Below, piece by piece: positions 1 to 9,171 of a stretch of DNA of 24,000 nucleotides (position 1 is the stretch's first letter; each line of letters begins with the position of its first letter). The DNA is from Spirosomataceae bacterium. Lineage in GTDB: Bacteria > Bacteroidota > Bacteroidia > Cytophagales > Spirosomataceae. The stretch spans positions 2,574,218-2,598,217 of the forward strand of contig CBDFMV010000003.1 in assembly GCA_965249815.1 (NCBI GenBank). The letters run 5' to 3'. The notes under the pieces are model-generated. The model was not told the origin of the DNA, searched no databases, and worked only from the letters and a program-made list of their open reading frames with translations. Both the position numbers and the translations under genes were made by a program.

Positions 1-1377
1 ATGGAAACTCTTGCTTCTTCTCCTGCATCACTCCGCTTGCGGGGCCAACTCATCACCCCGAAAGACCCGGACTACGACACCGCCCGCCGCGTGTTGAACG
101 CCATGATTGACAAACGCCCCGCCCTGATTGCCCGCTGCGCCGACGAGGCCGATGTGGTGACGGCGGTGAACTACGCCCGCGAGCAAGGGATGCTGCTGGC
201 CGTGCGCGGCGGTGCACACAACGGCGCTGGCCTCGGCACCTGCGACGACGGGCTGGTCATCGACCTTTCGATGCTGCGAAATGTCCGGTTCGACCCCGCC
301 GACAACACCGTGCGGGTGCAGGGCGGTTGCCTGCTCGGCGACATGGACGCGGCCACGCACGTTCACGGTCGGGCGGTGCCCTGCGGCATCAATGCCACGA
401 CGGGCATCGGCGGGCTGACCCTCGGCGGGGGCCTCGGCTACCTGACCCGGCACTACGGCCTGACCATCGACAACCTGCTGGAAGTCAGGATGGTGCTGGC
501 CGACGGGCAGCAGGTGACGGCTTCAGCCACCGAACACCCCGATTTGTTCTGGGCCATCCGGGGCGGGGGCGGCAACTTCGGCGTTGTAACCGAATTTCGG
601 TTTCAGACCCACCCCGTCAGCACCGTGTACGCCGGGCCAATGCTCTGGGAGCTTTCGGAAACGAAAGAAGTGATGCAGTGGTACGAAACCTTCATCAGAA
701 CCGCCCCGGACGACATCAACGGCTTCTTCGCCTTCCTGATGGTGCCGCCGGGTGAGCCGTTTCCCGAACCACTCCACGGCAAGCGGATGTGCGGCATCGT
801 GTGGTGCTACACGGGCGATTTGGCCAAGGCCGAGGCGGTTTTTGCGCCGATTCGCGCCTTCAAAACTCCGACGCTGGATTTGGTCGGGGAATTGCCGCTG
901 CCGGTGTTGCAAACGATGTTCGACGGGCTGTTTGGGCCCGGCATGCAGTGGTACTGGAAAGCCGATTTTTTCAACCACCTCTCCGATGAAGTCATCGACT
1001 TGCACCTGAAATTCGGCGAGCAACTGCCTTCGATTTTCTCGGGAATGCACCTCTACCCCATCAACGGGGCCGCTTCGCGCGTGGGTAAAACCGACACGGC
1101 CTGGAACTACCGCCACGCCACCTGGGCGATGGTGATGGCGGGCGTAGACCCCGACCCGGCCCGCAAAGACGAACTCCGCGACTGGTCGCGGGCGTACTGG
1201 GAAGCGTTGCATCCGTTCAGCGCAGGCGGTGGGTACGTCAATTTCATGATGGAAGAAGGCGACGACCGGGTGCGCGCCACCTACGGCGACAACTACGCCC
1301 GGCTGGCGCAAATCAAAGCCAGGTACGACCCCGAAAACCTGTTTCGGGTGAACCAGAATATTCCCCCGGCGCGGTAA
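1..1377 (+). CDS. FAD-binding (BBE-type, berberine-bridge-like) oxidoreductase
   Basis: 458-aa ORF; N-terminal FAD-binding PCMH-type signature 'LLAVRGGAHNGAGLGTCDDGLVIDLS' and 'GGLTLGGGLGYLTRHYGL'; C-terminal BBE-like 'YGDNYARLAQIKARYDPENLFRVNQNIPP'. Start at base 1; an upstream start cannot be excluded. Confidence 0.9.
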   Translation: METLASSPASLRLRGQLITPKDPDYDTARRVLNAMIDKRPALIARCADEADVVTAVNYAREQGMLLAVRGGAHNGAGLGTCDDGLVIDLSMLRNVRFDPADNTVRVQGGCLLGDMDAATHVHGRAVPCGINATTGIGGLTLGGGLGYLTRHYGLTIDNLLEVRMVLADGQQVTASATEHPDLFWAIRGGGGNFGVVTEFRFQTHPVSTVYAGPMLWELSETKEVMQWYETFIRTAPDDINGFFAFLMVPPGEPFPEPLHGKRMCGIVWCYTGDLAKAEAVFAPIRAFKTPTLDLVGELPLPVLQTMFDGLFGPGMQWYWKADFFNHLSDEVIDLHLKFGEQLPSIFSGMHLYPINGAASRVGKTDTAWNYRHATWAMVMAGVDPDPARKDELRDWSRAYWEALHPFSAGGGYVNFMMEEGDDRVRATYGDNYARLAQIKARYDPENLFRVNQNIPPAR

Positions 1378-1547
1378 CCCCGTAATGAGTTCTCACCTTT
1401 CCTGATTCGGTATCGGTTGAAGGAAGGCCTTCCTTCAACCGGTTCCTGGTACCCGTCTGTGCCGTTTTTTCAACCAATCCTTCCGGCAAAAAGCCGGGCT
1501 GGACGTCCATTGTCAACCGTATTCTATTTTCAAACCAATCGATTCCC

Positions 1548-2849
1548 ATGAAAAAGTCTCCCTTTTTTGCGCTCTTGCTCGGCGCTGCTCTGTTGGTGGC
1601 GTTCAATCCACCGAATCCGGTCAAGCCCCGACGCGTCGCCGACAAGCCGCTGGCTGGTCAGTCCAACCAGGTTGTCATGGACTGGAACCTGGTTGCGCTG
1701 CAAGCCTGCGGCGGGGTCACGTACCAGCACGCGCTGCTGGCTTCGCACACCTACGCAATGGTCCACCGGGCTATGTTTTTCGCGCTCAACGCCATTGCAC
1801 CCACGTACCAACCGGATAATCTGCTCCGCAAAGACGCGCAGGCGGCACCCGTCGCGGCGGCGGCAAAAGCGGCCCACGACGTGCTGGCGGGCCTTTTTCC
1901 CGATCAAGTGCCCATGCTTGACTCGGCCCTGACCCGCTCGCTGGCGAAGGTGCCGCCCGGTGAAAGCCTCAGCCGGGGACTGGCCCTGGGCGGGGAAGCG
2001 GCGGCTGCCGAGCTAAAGGAACGCAGCGGTGACGACGTTCTGCGAAACCCCGTGACCGAGGTAGCGGCCTCGACCGAAGCAGGCGTTTACCAAACGGTAC
2101 CGCCGTTTACGTTCGTCTTCGCGCCGTTCTGGCAGACCATGCCGCCCTTCAGTCTGAAGCAACCCGACCAGTTTCGCGCCGCCCCGCACCCGGCGCTCAC
2201 GAGCAACGTGTACGCCGCAACGTTCGCCGAAGTAAAGGGCGTGGGCGCAAAAATGAGTTCGACCCGCACCGCCAACCAGACGGCCTACGCGAAGTTTTGG
2301 TATGAATTTTCGGAAATCGGCTGGAACCGCATTGCCCGCACGGTGGCCGCCGACCGCAAACTTGATTTGCTCGCCACGGCCCGCCTGTTTGCCCTGCTCA
2401 ACATGGCGATGGCCGATTCGTACACGGCGGGCTGGGATTCCAAATTTCATTACAACTTCTGGCGGCCCTACACGGCCATTCGCGGAGCCGAAACGGACGG
2501 AAATCCGGCAACAACGCCCGATTCGGCCTGGGAACCGCTGATGCCCACGCCGCCCGTCCAGGATTATCCGTCCACGCACAGCGCCCTGGGCAATGCCGCC
2601 GCCGTGGTGCTGGCGCACGTGTTCGGCGACAAAACCCACTTTACGGCCACCTCCACCACCGCCGATCCAGTGATGGCTACGCGCAGCTTCACCAGTTTCA
2701 GCCAGGCGGCCAGGGAAAACGCCGATTCGCGGGTCATGGCGGGGATTCACTTCCGGTTTTCGTGCGAAGCGGGCCTCGAACTGGGCCGGAACGTGGGGCA
2801 GTGGACGGTGGAAAACCACCTGAAGCCCCGGTTGCAGGCGGCGAAGTGA
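1548..2849 (+). CDS. Vanadium-dependent haloperoxidase / PAP2 superfamily protein, exported
   Basis: 433-aa ORF with signal-like N-terminus; motifs 'HYNFWRPYTAIR', 'DYPSTHSALGNAAAVVLAHVFG', 'SRVMAGIHFRFSCEAGLELG'. Confidence 0.88.
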   Translation: MKKSPFFALLLGAALLVAFNPPNPVKPRRVADKPLAGQSNQVVMDWNLVALQACGGVTYQHALLASHTYAMVHRAMFFALNAIAPTYQPDNLLRKDAQAAPVAAAAKAAHDVLAGLFPDQVPMLDSALTRSLAKVPPGESLSRGLALGGEAAAAELKERSGDDVLRNPVTEVAASTEAGVYQTVPPFTFVFAPFWQTMPPFSLKQPDQFRAAPHPALTSNVYAATFAEVKGVGAKMSSTRTANQTAYAKFWYEFSEIGWNRIARTVAADRKLDLLATARLFALLNMAMADSYTAGWDSKFHYNFWRPYTAIRGAETDGNPATTPDSAWEPLMPTPPVQDYPSTHSALGNAAAVVLAHVFGDKTHFTATSTTADPVMATRSFTSFSQAARENADSRVMAGIHFRFSCEAGLELGRNVGQWTVENHLKPRLQAAK

Positions 2850-2864
2850 GGGGGCTTTTTATTC

Positions 2865-2918
2865 TCACTGGCTCGTCACGGCGTTGAGCATCACATTCGT
2901 GTCCACCACAATTTTCAT
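2865..2918 (-). pseudogene. Truncated PIN-domain toxin (VapC-like) N-terminus, MKIVVDTNVMLNAVTSQ*
   Basis: Reverse-strand ATG at 2918..2916 overlaps the TGA of the upstream antitoxin-like ORF (ATGA overlap). It translates to MKIVVDTNVMLNAVTSQ-stop, matching the conserved first beta strand and first Asp of PIN toxins, then stops. Confidence 0.55.
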
Positions 2919-3136
2919 GGGCGTGGGTGGGTGGGTATCCGGTGGTGCTGGTGGGCGAGGGCCTTGACCTCTTCGGGCGTAAGCCCTCGCTCCTCGATCA
3001 CCTGCTGGGCCATTGCCGATGCCTTACGGGCGAAATACTGGGAAAGTAGTTTACGGATTTCGAGCAAATCGCTTTCCCCGACCGAAGGCATCGCGAAGGT
3101 TTTCAGCAAATCCAACTGCAAAGGCGATAGGGGCAT
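2915..3136 (-). CDS. Small antitoxin-like protein (partner of PIN-domain toxin)
   Basis: 73 aa, 'ESDLLEIRKLLSQYFARKASAMAQQVIEERGLTPEEVKAL', resembling Bacteroidota antitoxins that precede PIN toxins; ATGA overlap with the PIN-like start. Confidence 0.55.
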   Translation of the reverse strand: MPLSPLQLDLLKTFAMPSVGESDLLEIRKLLSQYFARKASAMAQQVIEERGLTPEEVKALAHQHHRIPTHPRP

Positions 3137-3196
3137 TTCAGGTCGGTGTTCATCGACGTGTTGATTGGCTTTTCAAAATTACTCCATTTTTTCCTC

Positions 3197-5404
3197 ATGA
3201 AAAACCGGCTACTCCCCCTGCTGGGCCTGCTCCTGCCCGTCGGCGCGGGCTGGGCGCAGGACAAAACCCCATACGTAGTGCCGCGCTTCGTGGGGCAATT
3301 CCGGCTCGACGGCATCCCCGACGAGCCGGGCTGGCTGGCCCTGCCCGCGCTGCCCGCCACGATGTGCATGCCCACCAACGGGACCGCACCGAGCGAACGA
3401 ACCGAGTTCCGGGTGGCCTTCGACGATGATTTCATCTACGCCGCCGGGTGGTTTTACGACCGCGACCCCAAAGGTGGACAGGGCTACACCTTCAAACGCG
3501 ATGATTTTGGGTCAGGCGACTGGTTTGGTCTGCACCTGGACACCTTCGCCGACAAAGAAAACGCCTTGGTGTTTTACACCACCCCAACCGGCAACCGGTG
3601 TGACGCCGCCAACTCGAACGACGCCCAGGGCGAAAATTTTAGCTGGGTCGGGGCGAGTTGGAACACGTTCTGGTACTGCGCCACCAGCCGCACAGCCGAG
3701 GGGTGGTTTGCCGAATTTAAGATTCCGTTGTCGAGCCTGCGCTACCAGGAACGTGACGGGCGCGTGGTGATGGGCATGTCGCTCAACCGGCGGATTGCCC
3801 GCAAAAACGAATACGACAGTTACCCGGCCATTTCGAATCAGTGGGGATTTATTAGCGTGTTCAAGGCATCGCAGGCGCAGCCCGTCGTGTTCGAGGGGCT
3901 GCGTTCCAAAACCCCCGTGTACGTCACGCCCTACCTGCTGGCCGGTCTGGGCAGCACGGCCCAACTCACCGACGGTGCTTATCAGCTTCAGCACACGCCG
4001 ACTTACAGCGCGGGGTTGGACGTGAAGGTGGGCCTGACCAGCAACCTCACCGCCGACCTGACTATCAACACGGATTTCGCGCAGGTCGAGGCCGACGACC
4101 AACAGGCCAACCTGACGCGCTTTTCGTTGTTTTATCCCGAAAAGCGCTTGTTTTTTCAGGAACGGGCCAGCATTTTCAACTTCGGTTTCGGCACCAACAA
4201 CCAACTCTTTTACAGCCGCCGGATTGGGCTGACCAACGGCCAGCGGGTACCGATTCTGGCTGGGGGGCGGGTGGTGGGCCGCGTCGGTCGCTGGGATGTG
4301 GGCCTGCTCGACATGCAAACGAGGGCCATCACCAACGCCGACGGAGCGCAACAGCCGTCAGAAAACATGAGCGTGCTGCGGCTCCGCCGACGGGTGTTCA
4401 ACGCTAATTCCTACGTTGGGGCCATGACCACCGCCCGGCTCGGCACCGACGGCCGGTACAACGTGGCGTACGGCCTCGACGGCATTTTTCGGGTGGTGAA
4501 ACAGAATTTCCTGGCCATAAACTGGGCGCAAACCTTCAAGAGCAGCCCCGCTGAACGCGGCAGCGCCCGCTGGCGGGTGCAGTACGAAAAGCGGATTCTG
4601 AAGGGCTTCGGCTTTGATTTGAGCGCGGCGCGGGTGGGGGCGGGCTACGACCCCGGTCTGGGGTTTGAGTCGCGGCAAAACTACACCCGCTTCGGCGACC
4701 GGCTGTTCTGGGGCTGGCTGCCGGGCGCCGCCTCGCGCCTGCTCAACCACCAAATCAGCCTTTACGGGTACGTGTTTTTGCAAAACGGCAGCGGCCTGAC
4801 CGAATCGGTCGAGGTATCACCCACGTGGGAGGCGCGGTCGAAAAAAGGCCAGCTCGCGCAGGGGAAATGGCGCAATTCCTACGAAAACCTGACCGCGCCG
4901 CTGGCCTTGTTCGACGAAGCGAGCCTGCCCGCCGGTCACTACCGGTTCCAGAGCGTGTACGGCCTGTTTGCCACCCCCGACAACCAGCCGCTGAACGCCC
5001 GCTTCGAGGCGGAAGGCGGACAGTTTTACGACGGTTCGCGGCTCACGGCCAGCGTGAAGCCCACCTGGATTCTGTCGCGATACCTCGAACTGGGCGGTTT
5101 TTTGCAGGAAAACCGGGTTTGGTTTCCAACCCGGGGCCAGCGCTACGACGTGGTGATTGCCCAGGTGCGCACGCGGCTGTCGCTCAACGTGAAGCTGTCG
5201 GTCGAGGGCCTCGTGCAGTACAACAGCGCGGCGCACCGCACGTCGGCCAACCTGCGGTTTCGCTACAACCCCCGCGAGGGCAACGACTTTTTCGTGGTTT
5301 TCAACCAGGGCACCAACACCGACCGCTTCCGCGCCGAACCCATTCTGCCCCCGCTCAGCGACCGCACGGTGATTTTGAAGTATTCGTACACGTTTGTGCG
5401 GTGA
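3197..5404 (+). CDS. DUF5916-like protein with N-terminal carbohydrate-binding (CBM9-like) region and C-terminal beta-barrel-like region
   Basis: ORF open from 3146; best start 3197 (MKNRLLPLLGLLLPVGAGWAQ signal peptide). 'VPRFVGQFRLDGIPDEPGWLALPAL', 'TINTDFAQVEADDQQANLTRFSLFYPEKRLFFQERASIFNFGF' typical of this family; terminates in an aromatic residue-rich strand '..ILKYSYTFVR'. Confidence 0.85.
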   Translation: MKNRLLPLLGLLLPVGAGWAQDKTPYVVPRFVGQFRLDGIPDEPGWLALPALPATMCMPTNGTAPSERTEFRVAFDDDFIYAAGWFYDRDPKGGQGYTFKRDDFGSGDWFGLHLDTFADKENALVFYTTPTGNRCDAANSNDAQGENFSWVGASWNTFWYCATSRTAEGWFAEFKIPLSSLRYQERDGRVVMGMSLNRRIARKNEYDSYPAISNQWGFISVFKASQAQPVVFEGLRSKTPVYVTPYLLAGLGSTAQLTDGAYQLQHTPTYSAGLDVKVGLTSNLTADLTINTDFAQVEADDQQANLTRFSLFYPEKRLFFQERASIFNFGFGTNNQLFYSRRIGLTNGQRVPILAGGRVVGRVGRWDVGLLDMQTRAITNADGAQQPSENMSVLRLRRRVFNANSYVGAMTTARLGTDGRYNVAYGLDGIFRVVKQNFLAINWAQTFKSSPAERGSARWRVQYEKRILKGFGFDLSAARVGAGYDPGLGFESRQNYTRFGDRLFWGWLPGAASRLLNHQISLYGYVFLQNGSGLTESVEVSPTWEARSKKGQLAQGKWRNSYENLTAPLALFDEASLPAGHYRFQSVYGLFATPDNQPLNARFEAEGGQFYDGSRLTASVKPTWILSRYLELGGFLQENRVWFPTRGQRYDVVIAQVRTRLSLNVKLSVEGLVQYNSAAHRTSANLRFRYNPREGNDFFVVFNQGTNTDRFRAEPILPPLSDRTVILKYSYTFVR

Positions 5405-5461
5405 AGAAGGCTGGCGGTAATACGGGGTTTTCGCGGGGTTGAAACCCACCGTGGGGTTCGC

Positions 5462-5556
5462 TTAAATCCCCTGCTCAAACGCAAACCCCTGCTCAAACGC
5501 AAACCGCACCAGTTCCTGGGAATTTCCAATGCCGAGTTTGAGGTAGTTTAATGCTC
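5462..5556 (-). pseudogene. Remnant of LuxR-type HTH C-terminus (response regulator fragment)
   Basis: Reverse-strand translation 'YLKLGIGNSQELVRFAFEQGFAFEQGI*' resembles the last helices of LuxR/GerE HTH domains (KLG..N..ELVRYA.E.G); the upstream HTH is not recognisable. Confidence 0.5.
5468..5503 (+). repeat. Perfect 18-bp tandem duplication (CCCCTGCTCAAACGCAAA x2)
   Basis: 5468-5485 and 5486-5503 are identical by inspection. Confidence 0.95.
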
Positions 5557-5769
5557 TGCATTCGCACTGTGTTCTGGTACTTGGCTGGAATTTATCCCCT
5601 GCTGCCAGCGGGCGTAGGCAATAAGTTGGCCCGGAAACACACAGAAACCAGTTCAAAATTCAAGCCGGGGAGCGCAGAAAAAAACTGAGTGAACGGTCAA
5701 AACCAAATCGCGGCGGGTTTGTAGCTTGCGGCGCAACTTTTGCCCAACCCACCTGTCTCCTCCCCCTTC

Positions 5770-6855
5770 ATGAAATCGTTGCGCAGACGCCAGTTTACTT
5801 TTTTTAGCATCCTCGTTCTTTTTCTGGTGCTTTTTACGGAATCCATGCTGCGGTTCGGTTTAAAAACCGGACTTTATTTCCCGTTCTGGCGGCCCGACCG
5901 CGCGCTGGCGGAGCGCTACTACCGCGATGCCTACCGCCTGCGAGATTCCACCATCACTCTCACCGACGGCTACTTCGACATCCTTATTCTGGGTGGTTCG
6001 GTTGTGGCCGACGAGTGGCACAGCACCGTTGGCCAGCGCCTGCGCGATACGCTCAAGGCCCGCACCGGCAACCCCCGCATCCGGTACTGGAATGTGGCCA
6101 GCCTGGGCCACAGCTCGGGCGACAACCTGGCTAAGTACCGGGCGCTGGAACGGCAACGGTTCGATTTGGTGCTTTACTACGAGGCCATCAACGAAACCCG
6201 CCTCAACAACGTACCACGCACTTTTTTCCGCCCGGATTACACGCACTACACCTGGTACGACGAGGTCCAGCTCGTGGAAAAACACCCCGAACTCCGCGTC
6301 AGCGTCGTGCCGTTTACACTGCATTTGCTTTGGAATCGCCTTCAGGCGCTGGTGGGGGTACGGCGGTACATCCGCGAAAAACCCGACCCCGACGACCAGC
6401 AACACGGGGGCGATTTAAAAACGCCACCTTGCTACCGGCGCAACCTCGACGCCATCCGGCAGTTGGCCCGGCAACGCAACGAACGGCTGCTGCTGGTCAA
6501 TTTTGCGTACTACATTCCCAATGCCTGGCGGGAATCGGGCTTCCGGACGGGTGCTGATTACAGCCCTTGCGGCCTCTCGTCGCCGATGGAAACGTGGGGC
6601 ATGGCGCAACACGTGGAAAGCGGCCTGCTGGCCCACCGCCGGATGATGCACCAACTCGCCGTGGCGCACCCGGAAGTTGGCTACGTGGACATGCAGCCTG
6701 TTTTGCCCAAATCCGGGCGGTACTTCTGCGACATTTGCCACCTGACCGACGACGGCTGTGGCGCGTTTGCCGGGGCGCTGGCGGCGCACATCATCCGGGA
6801 ACGACTGGTGCCGCCCCCGCCTCTGCTGGCGACGGCTTCAACCCGACGACCATGA
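5770..6855 (+). CDS. Membrane-anchored SGNH/GDSL-like hydrolase family protein
   Basis: ORF opens at 5740; likely start 5770 (MKSLRRRQFTFFSILVLFLVLFTESML). 'FDILILGGSVVADEW', 'YWNVASLGHSSGDNLAKY', 'FDLVLYYEAINETRLNN', 'YFCDICHLTDDGCGAFA' pattern of SGNH blocks. Confidence 0.65.
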   Translation: MKSLRRRQFTFFSILVLFLVLFTESMLRFGLKTGLYFPFWRPDRALAERYYRDAYRLRDSTITLTDGYFDILILGGSVVADEWHSTVGQRLRDTLKARTGNPRIRYWNVASLGHSSGDNLAKYRALERQRFDLVLYYEAINETRLNNVPRTFFRPDYTHYTWYDEVQLVEKHPELRVSVVPFTLHLLWNRLQALVGVRRYIREKPDPDDQQHGGDLKTPPCYRRNLDAIRQLARQRNERLLLVNFAYYIPNAWRESGFRTGADYSPCGLSSPMETWGMAQHVESGLLAHRRMMHQLAVAHPEVGYVDMQPVLPKSGRYFCDICHLTDDGCGAFAGALAAHIIRERLVPPPPLLATASTRRP

Positions 6856-7255
6856 TCGTAATCCGGCTCACGCACACGAGCCGGTCTTGCTCGTCGGTGA
6901 TTTTGATTTCCCACACCTGCGAACGGCGGCCCACGTGCAGCGGCACGCAGCGGCCGTACACCCAGCCACTGCGGACCGAACGGAGGTGGTTGGCGTTGAT
7001 TTCCACGCCGACGGTTTGCTGGGTCTGGGGGTCATCGAGGGTTAGAAACGACGCCAGGCTGCCCAGCGACTCGGCCAGCACCACCGACGCCCCGCCGTGG
7101 AGCAGGCCAAACGGCTGGTGCGTGCGGTGATCGACGGGCATCCGGGCCGTCAGAAAGTCGGTGCCGATTTCGAGGAGTTCGATGCCGAGGTGCTCCAGCA
7201 TCGTGTTCCGGCCAAACCCGGCCAGTTGCTCCAGGGTATATCCCGGTTTTATCAT
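6791..7255 (-). CDS. Hotdog-fold (PaaI-like) thioesterase
   Basis: ORF open to 7321; best start MIKPGYTLEQL at 7255. 'PFGLLHGGASVVLAESLGSLAS' and 'GVEINANHLRSVRSG' are typical of this family. Confidence 0.88.
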   Translation of the reverse strand: MIKPGYTLEQLAGFGRNTMLEHLGIELLEIGTDFLTARMPVDHRTHQPFGLLHGGASVVLAESLGSLASFLTLDDPQTQQTVGVEINANHLRSVRSGWVYGRCVPLHVGRRSQVWEIKITDEQDRLVCVSRITIMVVGLKPSPAEAGAAPVVPG

Positions 7256-7345
7256 AATTGAGTAAGTGAAAAATGGGAAAATCTGCGTAGCTTCGCGGAA
7301 ATTTTGGGGAAGGTTTCCCAAAAATAGTCAACGACCACCATTCAC

Positions 7346-7990
7346 TTGAACGAGTCCGGCGTATCCAAATTAATTTACCTCATTCGCCACGGCGAGACGG
7401 AGTACAACCGCCGCGGGGTGGTGCAGGGCAGTGGCATCGACGCCGACCTCAACGAGCTGGGCTACGCTCAGGCCGCGGCGTTTTTTGAAGCCTACCGCGA
7501 CGTCCCGTTCGATAAAATTTATACGTCCAAACTGCGCCGCACCGGGCAGTCGGTGCAGGCGTTTACCGACGCGGGCATTCCCACCGAACGCCACGCAGGC
7601 CTCAACGAAATCAGTTGGGGGCTGCGCGAAGGCAAAATTCCCAACTACGCCGACGACGAGTACTACCTCGACCTGATCCAAAGCTGGCGCGCGGGCCAGA
7701 CCGACAAAACCACCGAAGGCGGCGAAAGTCCGCAGGACGTGAAAACCCGCCAGCAGCCCGTCATCGACCTGATGCTGAGTCGGCCCGACGAACCGACCAT
7801 CCTCGTGGCCATGCACGGCCGGGCCATCCGGATTCTGCTCACGACGCTGCTCCGTCAGCCCCTTTCGCACATGGACCACTTCGAGCACCGCAACCTGTGC
7901 CTCTACGTGCTCCGCTACGACTACGCCAGCGGGCACTTCGCCCTCGAACTCGCCAACGATACCCGTCACCTGCTGCCGCTGGCGGTGTAA
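7346..7990 (+). CDS. Histidine phosphatase family protein (phosphoglycerate mutase-like)
   Basis: 'LIYLIRHGETEYNRRGVVQGSGIDADLNELGYAQA' RHG motif, 'EISWGLREGK', 'LVAMHGRAIRILL'. Confidence 0.92.
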   Translation: MNESGVSKLIYLIRHGETEYNRRGVVQGSGIDADLNELGYAQAAAFFEAYRDVPFDKIYTSKLRRTGQSVQAFTDAGIPTERHAGLNEISWGLREGKIPNYADDEYYLDLIQSWRAGQTDKTTEGGESPQDVKTRQQPVIDLMLSRPDEPTILVAMHGRAIRILLTTLLRQPLSHMDHFEHRNLCLYVLRYDYASGHFALELANDTRHLLPLAV

Positions 7991-8127
7991 CGGTGCCAAA
8001 CGACGATATTGCCGCTTCTCCGCCCTATTTTCCCGCTAATCCAATTTCGCCGCCCGGTGCCGGGCGGCGGGCGCTACCTTGAAATCTGATTCGGCAACGC
8101 GGGCCGGATGTTTACGGAATTGATGGC

Positions 8128-9171
8128 ATGTCAAGACAAAAAACATACTGGTATTTTCAATTGACCGGTTGGACGGCCCTAACCGTCAACGAAATCATCA
8201 ACTACCTGCCCATCACGGGGTTTACGTTTTACATGCTGTTGGAAATGGCCGTCAACATCAGCCTGGGCATTTTACTGACGCACAATTACCGCCGTTTGGC
8301 CAAGCACCTGGGCTGGATCGAGCTGCCATTTATGCAACTGGTGCCGCGCCTGTTGCTGGCCATTCTGGTGATGGCGTCGGTGATGACGGCCGTCAACGTG
8401 CCCCTCGACGCGCAGATTATCGTGTTCGACGACCAGCGCCTGGCTACCCTCAACGCGTTGTTTAGCTGGGGCAAATACCTGCTTGTCTGGACGTTGATCT
8501 ACCACATGTTCCACTACTTCGAGCGGCGCAAGGAAATCGAGGTGGATAAAATCCGCATCGAGTCATCGGCGAAGGAAACCGAGGCGAAAGTGCTGCGGGC
8601 GCAATTGAACCCGCACTTCATGTTCAACGCCCTCAACAGCATCCGGGCGCTGATCCTTGAAGACCCCGACCGCGCCCAGAAAGGCATCACGCAGTTGTCT
8701 AATATCCTGCGGAGTTCGCTGCTCGCCGACCGCCGCCGGACGGTCTCGCTCGGCGAAGAAATGCGCACGGTGGATGACTACCTGGCCCTCGAAAAAATCC
8801 GGTACGAAGATCGCCTCGAAGTCCGCAAAAACATTTACCCCGAAACCCTCGGCCTCCAGGTGCCGCCGATGATGCTGCAAACGCTGGTCGAAAACGCCAT
8901 CAAACACGGCGTGTCGAAGCCGGTGAAAGGCGGGTTTGTGAGCATCGATTCGCAGATCAAAAAAGGCGCGCTGCACGTGTGCATCTCCAACACCGGCGTG
9001 CTCGAAGGCACGGATTCGGGCGGGTTTGGCCTGGAAAACACGGCCCACCGGCTGGAACTGCTCTTCGGTCCGGGGGCGAATTTTCACATTTATCAGGCCT
9101 CCGAAAACGTCGTTTGCGCTGAAGTGCTCATTCCGGTCGAGACGACCGTCGAGGCGGCGCGGGCGGCGTAG
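8128..9171 (+). CDS. LytS/YehU-type sensor histidine kinase
   Basis: N-terminal TM segments; 'LRAQLNPHFMFNALNSIRALI' His_kinase motif; 'MLQTLVENAIKHGVSKP' N box; 'GLENTAHRLELLFG'. Confidence 0.93.
   Translation: MSRQKTYWYFQLTGWTALTVNEIINYLPITGFTFYMLLEMAVNISLGILLTHNYRRLAKHLGWIELPFMQLVPRLLLAILVMASVMTAVNVPLDAQIIVFDDQRLATLNALFSWGKYLLVWTLIYHMFHYFERRKEIEVDKIRIESSAKETEAKVLRAQLNPHFMFNALNSIRALILEDPDRAQKGITQLSNILRSSLLADRRRTVSLGEEMRTVDDYLALEKIRYEDRLEVRKNIYPETLGLQVPPMMLQTLVENAIKHGVSKPVKGGFVSIDSQIKKGALHVCISNTGVLEGTDSGGFGLENTAHRLELLFGPGANFHIYQASENVVCAEVLIPVETTVEAARAA

Noticed and set aside
523-1311. 262-aa minus ORF inside the FAD oxidoreductase gene
   Set aside because: Antisense shadow without family signature.
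2013-2819. 268-aa minus ORF inside the haloperoxidase gene
   Set aside because: Antisense shadow; haloperoxidase motifs are on +.
3512-4351. 279-aa minus ORF inside the DUF5916-like gene
   Set aside because: Antisense shadow ORF with no recognisable domain; the + strand protein is coherent.
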